Shown here piece after piece: positions 57,901 to 64,000 of a stretch of DNA of 64,000 nucleotides. The translations under genes and the position numbers were made by a program. The number at the start of each line of letters is the position of its first letter. Position 1 is the stretch's first letter. The DNA is taken from positions 320,001 through 384,000 of the forward strand of contig CAWIXE010000002.1 of assembly GCA_963840035.1 (NCBI GenBank), read 5' to 3'. This stretch comes from a candidate division FCPU426 bacterium. Its GTDB lineage: Bacteria > Oederibacteriota > PGYV01 > Palsa-1178. Below the pieces are notes generated by a model. That model was not told where the DNA came from. It searched no databases and worked only from the letters and a program-made list of their open reading frames with translations.

Positions 57901-60900
57901 GGCATAGACAATGCCCTTGTGCCGGTGGATTACAGCCTCGACGCTGAAATGGCTTACAGCAACTATAACATAAATGTGTTTGACAGGCTTCTGCGCAATG
58001 GCAAGACGGAAAAAGGCGTCGCCATGATAGATTCCATGGAAGGCGCGGACAATGAGTTCTCGGCGTCCATGTCAAAGAACATGTGGTTCCCGGCAAGCCC
58101 ATCTTACGGGATAATACCCACTTCTACAAACAGGGTTTATTTTTCAAGAAAAGACATTACCGAGAAAAGCCATGAATATCAGACAGGGCAGGACGTCTTA
58201 AGCACGGATACCGTAAATATGCTTCAGTTTGATTTTTCCGGGGCAAGCGCGATTAACCAGGATAAATGGGAAGCCTTCAGGTATGTGCTTTCGCAGAACG
58301 GGGAGAGTTTAAAGCAATATAATTACATAGATATGTGGGTTTACGTAAAAGTAAGCCAGCCGGTGAACATGTTCCTCGACATGGGAATAATAAGCGAGGA
58401 TTCGAACGGCTCGGGTAAATTTGACTATAACATTAAGAACAGCAACGGCACAATTACACTCAATGAAAGCGAAGATTATGACCAGAACGGAAGGCTTGCT
58501 TACGCGGATGAGGATTCTGGCATCAGCAACGGGATATACCCGCCCAACCCGGAGTACTGGGGCAAAGGAAATACCGTCCTGGATACCGAGGACATGAATA
58601 ACAACGGCAGGCTTGATAATGTGGAGGCATATTATCAGTATACGCACGTAAACGACAAGCATAAAGCCATGACCCTGACAGGGAACGGGACGTGGGTAAA
58701 TATAAAGATTCCGCTTAAAGATTTTACGGGTGTGGTGGGCAGCGTGGAGGGAAATCCTGCGGCGGCAAACTTCATGTCCAACATAAAGCAGCTGCGCTTA
58801 AGTTTCAGGGGAGCCACTCCGTCCATGTCAAGCGGCACAATAAAGGTGGAATCAATAAAGTTTGTGGGGAATTCATGGCAGCTGCAGTACCTGACAAATA
58901 CCACGGACATGGCGGGGAACGTGATAAACGCGCCTGATACAAATAAATTCAACCTGGTTACCATAAACAGGAACGTGGATAAATCATATGTCCCGAATAC
59001 TGACTTCTTCGATTACCAGGCGGAGACGGACAAGGATTTTGAAGAGGCCCTTGACGCAAAATTCACCATATCAAACCTTGACCAAAATGCAGCGGGCCAG
59101 CCCATATACTACGCCACAAAATCTCTTAACAATACCGGTTCGGGATATGATTACCACGATTATAAATACGTAAAAATGGACATTTTCTATAAAAAATGGG
59201 ACCCGGGAGCCGGCCCGGGAAAGACGTTCTTTATAAGGCTGGGAAGCGGGCCTGACCCCGAGCATAATTATTACCAGTATAACCAGATACTCGGCCAGGA
59301 ATTGAATAACGGCGGCTGGCATACGCTTGTATTTGCCATAGACGGAAGCGACGACAAGCGCAGCCCGGCGCTTGATACGCCGAACCTTCGCTCGGTTCAG
59401 TATATCACCATAGGCTATTTAAACCCCAACAGCATTGAGGCTGATGAGGAAATATACGTAAATAATATTAGGTTGACCGACCCGGCCCAGAAGACGGGCG
59501 GCGCAAGGTACATCAGCCACTCACTGAATTACACGGGATTTGCCAATGTGACACATACATATGAGGAAAGGGATTCTGATTTTTATACGCTTGCGGACGC
59601 CGGCAGGTCGGATATAAAACAGCATAACAGGACAAACAGGGTCGATGTTAATTATAACCAGCTGCCGTTCCTGTCGGAGACCAACAGTTACTCCAAAACG
59701 GAATTGTTTACGGATGAAAAATACGCGCACGACCCGACTTATACCAAGAATGACACTTTAAGCAACACGTTTGTCGAGGCATACAACAATAATACGGGTT
59801 TTAACCTCATACCTGACCTGCCGATTTCATTTAACGCGTCTGTTGAAAATGCCAATTATGTGTATGGGGGCGCGAACGCGTACCTTGCGAACAAGAGGAA
59901 TAAACTGACTTTAAGGCCGAGTTTTACATACAGGGCGCCGCAGGACCTTTTTTCCGTGATACCGCTTGGTTCAAATAATTTTGAGGGAAGCATAACATGG
60001 GAAAATTTAAAAACGGAATATTACAACGGTCAAAGCAGCGGTTATTATAATAACTGGAGGACGGACAGAAAGCAGGACTATAAATGGACCGGGAGCTATA
60101 CTTTTGGCTTTTTAACCCTTCAGCCTTCATATCAGCAGAGGCTTTTTGAGGCCCTGGGGAACCAGTCGGCGCAGTTTGTTTATTATAAGGACATCCTTAA
60201 GGCGGATGATTTTTTCTATGACAGAGATTACCTGGTACTGACCAGGGAAATACTGCCGGTATTGAACATTAATACCGGGGATCTCTGGATATTCAACCCT
60301 ACGGCCGGTTTTTCCAGCAGGTTCTTTACGGACTATACCCAGAGCGTTTTAAACACCACGGGCGGGCTGTGGGCTCAGACCGCGGTAAAATTCAGCTCGC
60401 TTTTGCCTTTCATCCCTGATATTACCAGTTACAGGGTATCGGTGGATACCACCAGCCAGTATAATGATTACGCGTACCCGGGGTCGTTTAAAAGTTTTGA
60501 GGGGATGCCTTTTGAGCGCAAATGGAATGCCTTCATGTGGCGTTATCTTTACAGCGAAGATGAGGTCCGCCGGATTGAAAGTCTTGCGCAGAACGGCACT
60601 TTTGTTTTAAACCACGGGCTGCAGTTCTCGGAGATAAACTTTTTTGGCGTAACGGGATTCCAGCCGGGAGGGTCATACTCGCTTAACAGGACATTTTCAA
60701 GCCGAGGCGCTGTAAGGTCGTTTTCCGAGGTGTATGCGCTTTCGGCCAACAATTTCCATATAGAAAATGTCACCATCCCGCTGCCGTTCATATCTGATTT
60801 TGTTACCAAGGAAAGAATTACCGCGAATTATTATTACAGGCGTACCGTGACCAGGGATTCAAACAAGACGGTTACAAATGACAGCATAGAAAACACTCTC

Positions 60901-61356
60901 GACAACATAGCGCTGACTTACAAGAATCAGGACGGGTTAAACGGCGTGCTTGCGGTTACCCTAAACTGGAAAAATACCCTTGCGGGAAAAGTCCGTTCCT
61001 GGAACAATACGGTTACCCCGAGGTTTACCATGGGCTATAATTACCGCCAGTCAAACCCGTTTACAATCCCGGGATGGGTGCCGTTTGTAGGCGATAAAAC
61101 GATAAAATTTGAACAGGTAATCAATTTTAACCTTAACCTTAACGCCAGCTATACAAGGGGCGGGGACGACAGCGGCAGGCAGACCCTGCCAGTGGATGTC
61201 AATTATTATAACGCCGTACTCTCGGCCAGTTACAATGTGCTTCAGAACCTGAAAGTTATAACGGATTTAAGCTATTCGCAGAGGGATGACAATCTTCTGC
61301 CCATTAATTCACAGAAGTCGCTGCGGTTCGGCGTCAACGGCGAGATAGAGTTCTAA
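54964..61356 (+). CDS. sprA: SprA/Sov-like T9SS translocon homologue with N-terminal repeats and three FN3 domains
   Basis: LNGNIGKRINVDVNYD, LQEVSFGDMSL..QTLFGIK, SERVELNG..LKKDVDY.I.YETG.I.F, AMIDSMEG, LDTEDMNNNG; over 2100 aa; terminal Phe. Confidence 0.75.
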   Translation: MKKIRRSLTLSFIAVIYTIILPLLYAEPAVVPAVTAEATAGVTANTTPAVTAEATAGVTANTPPAVTAEATAGVTANTPPAVTAEATAGVTANTPPAVTVPVIANMVAVEKGPENLKAQVFGMRVNLTWEPVPKSDSAVTYTIYRATGPDEDFIRVNKDDIITNAFVDSKETSIISLMSGITYFYKVAAIINGRESADSNLASAIPEGILAPPDEVTAVSKVSAILLKWAEPESSGKLGLSGFNIFRATEGVMERINQAVVNAFEYPDNNLTNGVKYYYSVQSVDSAGNTSEMSSPVFAMPFSIISEPANVSFTAASSESIRVMWESPSNQGTFGIAGYNIYRSTVPGYFPDKPLNIKLWKEIKGEDGRVFYHDNVVNSENPPAPGFNYFYKVTAMDSAGNTGASSAVASFTIPVLEIKQSGTLSQDISEYGLPPDSRLTLAGKKSLGMSYEYFWYNNPENKSAPGKFDITQKLKLKLNGNIGKRINVDVNYDEELAMQTDEYTKIAISYAGEKEEALQEVSFGDMSLDFPATRYVSYSQTLFGIKGKVKIGDKLSITGIGAQIKGITEIQSFKGNMREKEVNGKRGVDISDVSYSPRVYYYITKEPGVRIRPGSLVIYTDDQNANTFDGNTVKMPNNGGDFDPKYSGIDYIVDYEERVVKFNIAISSSTVIAAGYIQEDGTYVGLNPDGSFDFVNGLTSESRGYTNSSAHLLQNGVSASNNLGDLSHMVVSYYYMSDPLIYNPKLDPDFVIRIESIDGSKIINILRPQDPGVEDQYEIDTDFGILKFKSPFPFAAGQPVVTPPYYNTNGNEADCYNVLDANRRSNYRIHLEYKYYVSSYRLDHSPVVFGSERVELNGAILKKDVDYFIAYETGDISFSENRKKEITSSSDVRIIYEYFPYMQSFSSNLIGGRVDYQLLDNLKLGLTGLYKAVNAGSTLPDARSTETSLATPYSSMVFDGDIKFNVNKETMSAIINSLPGIDNALVPVDYSLDAEMAYSNYNINVFDRLLRNGKTEKGVAMIDSMEGADNEFSASMSKNMWFPASPSYGIIPTSTNRVYFSRKDITEKSHEYQTGQDVLSTDTVNMLQFDFSGASAINQDKWEAFRYVLSQNGESLKQYNYIDMWVYVKVSQPVNMFLDMGIISEDSNGSGKFDYNIKNSNGTITLNESEDYDQNGRLAYADEDSGISNGIYPPNPEYWGKGNTVLDTEDMNNNGRLDNVEAYYQYTHVNDKHKAMTLTGNGTWVNIKIPLKDFTGVVGSVEGNPAAANFMSNIKQLRLSFRGATPSMSSGTIKVESIKFVGNSWQLQYLTNTTDMAGNVINAPDTNKFNLVTINRNVDKSYVPNTDFFDYQAETDKDFEEALDAKFTISNLDQNAAGQPIYYATKSLNNTGSGYDYHDYKYVKMDIFYKKWDPGAGPGKTFFIRLGSGPDPEHNYYQYNQILGQELNNGGWHTLVFAIDGSDDKRSPALDTPNLRSVQYITIGYLNPNSIEADEEIYVNNIRLTDPAQKTGGARYISHSLNYTGFANVTHTYEERDSDFYTLADAGRSDIKQHNRTNRVDVNYNQLPFLSETNSYSKTELFTDEKYAHDPTYTKNDTLSNTFVEAYNNNTGFNLIPDLPISFNASVENANYVYGGANAYLANKRNKLTLRPSFTYRAPQDLFSVIPLGSNNFEGSITWENLKTEYYNGQSSGYYNNWRTDRKQDYKWTGSYTFGFLTLQPSYQQRLFEALGNQSAQFVYYKDILKADDFFYDRDYLVLTREILPVLNINTGDLWIFNPTAGFSSRFFTDYTQSVLNTTGGLWAQTAVKFSSLLPFIPDITSYRVSVDTTSQYNDYAYPGSFKSFEGMPFERKWNAFMWRYLYSEDEVRRIESLAQNGTFVLNHGLQFSEINFFGVTGFQPGGSYSLNRTFSSRGAVRSFSEVYALSANNFHIENVTIPLPFISDFVTKERITANYYYRRTVTRDSNKTVTNDSIENTLDNIALTYKNQDGLNGVLAVTLNWKNTLAGKVRSWNNTVTPRFTMGYNYRQSNPFTIPGWVPFVGDKTIKFEQVINFNLNLNASYTRGGDDSGRQTLPVDVNYYNAVLSASYNVLQNLKVITDLSYSQRDDNLLPINSQKSLRFGVNGEIEF
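55057..55260 (+). repeat. Tandem repeat, about 4.25 x 48 bp (PAVTAEATAGVTANTP)
   Basis: Near-identical units CCGGCAGTGACCGCGGAAGCCACCGCCGGTGTAACAGCCAATACGCCT. Confidence 0.92.
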
Positions 61357-61377
61357 GAATAACTGGAGGGTTTTATT

Positions 61378-64000
61378 ATGAAAAGGTTTATGATTATGGC
61401 AGCGGTTTTACTGGCGGCCGCGGACATGGCGCTTGCGTTAAACGCGCCAAGCAATATTGCGATATCCTCGTCGGGGACTGATATTACGCTGCAGTGGTAC
61501 ATGCCCGTAACCAAGACAGGCGATAAGGCCATACAGTCTTATAAGGTTTACCGCGCCACATACGCCAATGTAAATGACATAAACTGGAACATCATAGGGT
61601 CAGAAGGAAAGTCAGCGGATGTGGATACATATACACTTACACTCAACACATACGTTGACGCCGGGGCCAATACCTCCGCGGGTTACTACTACAGGGTCCA
61701 GGCAGTCGATAGTGACTCTATAGGCGGAACTCTTACGTCTGCTATTGTGTCATACCCATACGGCCCGCAGTCATTGACTGTCACGGCGTATAACGCAAAG
61801 ACGGCGCTGGAATGGGACACGGGATATGACGCGCAGATAACCGGATACAATATTTACAGGTCCACATCTCCGGCAATTCCCGACCTCGTGAAAATAGCAA
61901 GTTCTGCATCAGGAAAATACACTGACCCGTCAGTTTATAACGGCAGGCAGTATTTTTATTCTGTCAGGCCTTATCTGGGTACTGTTGAAGGCTCCATGTC
62001 GTTAACAAAAAGCGTGGTGCCGTTCGCACCGCCCTATTCTCCCGTGCATGTTTCATCCATTGTTTCAGTAGGAGGACAGGTAACCCTAAACTGGGCAGGC
62101 CAGACACTGGCCGGGACTTTTCCTGTGTCATGCTATAACATATACAGGACAGGCGGAGGCGGGCCCGCATTCTCAGATGTGACTTTTACCGCCGGATACA
62201 CGGAGGCATTGACCGCAGGAGAAATATACACATATTCGGTATCGGTGTCAGATTCAATGGCAAATACATCGCTTCCGTATACTTTAAAGGTGTACGTACC
62301 GGGGCTGCCGTCAAAACCACAGGGATTTATCATATCTGATTACCGGTCGTTCGGGGCGTCCCTGACATGGGCCGCGAATGACCCACTTGAAGGGGTAACT
62401 TTTTACAGAATATTCAGGGATTCCTTACAGGTGCAGATGAACGCGCTTAATTACGCCAGCGACACGGGCCTGACTGAAGGAAATACATATACATATTATG
62501 TAGTGGCTAATAACGCAGCTGGTGACAGCGTGGCCTCAGACAGCGCTGTGATTACGGCAAAAGCGTCACCGCCAACAGATGTTACAGTGGTTAAAGGGCA
62601 GCCCGGGGAACTGGCGGTTACGTGGGCGGGCGTCCCATTCACGGAAAATGTGACAGGGTATAATGTCTACAGGGCTGAACTGCCCGGGGCTATTAATTAC
62701 TCGTCGCCATGGGCGGTTACGGAGACTTCTTCATTCATTGATTCCGGATTAAACACGGCCGCGTCATATGTCTACGCGGTGTCCGGTTTTACGTCGATGG
62801 AAGGGCAGTTTTCTTCTGAAGTTTCCGGAAAGGCAGTCACGCTTCCCGCCGACGTTACCGGGCTTTCGCTCCAGCCAAACACTAATTATATAAACCTAGC
62901 CTGGGATTTGCCGGACGTGTCATACGAGACAAGCGCTTATAATATTTACAGGGCTACCGACAGCGGCGCGGAATACTCAAAGATGGGCACGACTGTTTCC
63001 GCATTTTATCAGGATAGAAACCTTTTAAATACAATTGATTACTATTATAAAATAACGTCGCTGAATTATTACGGCGAAAGCACTCTGACCGCTGCCGCGG
63101 CGCAGCACGCCATGACATCACCGGCAGCGGCGCCTGATGCGCCGCGTAACCCTGTTTTAGTTTCAACCGGGGACGGAAAAATAAGCATTAACTGGAGCGC
63201 GGCGCCGCCGGGCAGTCTGGTTACAGCTTACAATGTATACAGGAGCATGGCGCCGGGAGTATATGCTGATGCGCCGGTCGGAGTAACCCTTACAACCGCT
63301 TCATTTACCGACACACCGCCGCTGGCTGACACGGTTTATTATTATACCGTTAAGGCGGTAAGCACAGGCGAAAGCCCGGCTTCCGCTGAGGTTTCCGGCA
63401 AAGCGTACATAAAACCGGGCAGCCCCAGGAACCTTCAGCTTGATTATTTGAACAGCCAGGTAATGCTTACGTGGGAAAAGCCGGTTTCTGATGGCACGTA
63501 TCCATATCAGTATAAGATATACAGGGGAACTTCTGTCCTTACGATTGCGGCGGCGGGAATCACAACGACAAGCCTTAAAGTATTTGACGGGGCTGTAAAT
63601 ACCATGACAGCGTCATATTATTACAGGGTCAGGTCTATTGACACGCAGGGCCATGAGGATTCAGGGACGGATTATACCGTCATTACGATTTCATCACCCG
63701 TATTTCCGCCTTCGGTACTTGTGGCAAAACCGGGTCCCGGCAGGGTAATGCTTGTATGGAGAAAAGTAAGCCCGGATTATTATAATATATACAGGAGGAC
63801 CGTGGGCAGCCTTACGGAGCGCCTCATGCGGTAAATGTGGATTTTGGCGCAAGCGTATTTACGGATACTGACGTGATAACAGGTACTGAATATTTTTACT
63901 GCATTGCGGCCTCTAATTTTGCCGGGGAAGGGCCAAAGTCAAACGAAGCTTCAGCAGTGCCGTATATCGCGGCTAAATTGCCGGTGCAGTCAAACATAAC
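61378..64000 (+). CDS. Secreted multi-fibronectin type III protein (continues beyond window; 1-nt frameshift near 63804)
   Basis: Signal peptide; repeated L.W...Y.IYR...Y.D...YYY.V.A units; adding one G at 63804-63806 continues in FN3 register (GQPYGAP...FTDTDV..GTEYFYCIAASN) to window end. Confidence 0.82.

Noticed and set aside
1..64000. tRNA, rRNA, riboswitch, integrase or prophage genes
   Set aside because: None recognisable by eye; a covariance-model search would be needed to exclude small RNAs

Overview
A 64-kb bacterial window, almost entirely + strand, from a diderm (LPS-making) organism. It reads as one polysaccharide (probably cellulose/beta-glucan) degradation supercluster tied to a type IX secretion (T9SS)-like export apparatus. 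In order: (1) a pdaD-speE-speB polyamine operon translationally coupled to two GT-C-type membrane glycosyltransferases (YfhO-like and DUF2723/TMEM260-like). (2) porV-TPR, lacI, porV, an ECF sigma and a zinc-binding anti-sigma whose C-terminus resembles a T9SS sorting domain. (3) Six secreted multimodular enzymes: two GH8 sharing a 2.39-kb apparently identical block, three GH9, and one unclassified protein with a GH6-like IEPD motif. Each has long Thr/Pro linkers and a C-terminal T9SS type-A-like domain. (4) In the middle of these enzymes, two SLH-coiled-coil-beta-barrel outer-membrane proteins, a CBM9-like protein and four carbohydrate-binding lipoproteins, forming a PUL-like uptake module without SusC/SusD. 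(5) A PorV-Ig-OmpA fusion, a TPR/beta-propeller lipoprotein, a TPR protein, a second lacI, an O-antigen ligase, a GT9, an FN3-fused SprA homologue and a long FN3-repeat protein. A precisely spaced motif CG(A/G)AAC-N15-TTGTC precedes the anti-sigma and three enzymes and is the likely ECF promoter. Intergenic DNA holds heptamer-built inverted repeats and nested REP/MITE-like elements. Three genes carry single-base homopolymer frameshifts that look like sequencing errors. All family calls come from motifs read by eye; no searches were run. A non-Bacteroidota host such as candidate phylum Goldbacteria is only an inference.
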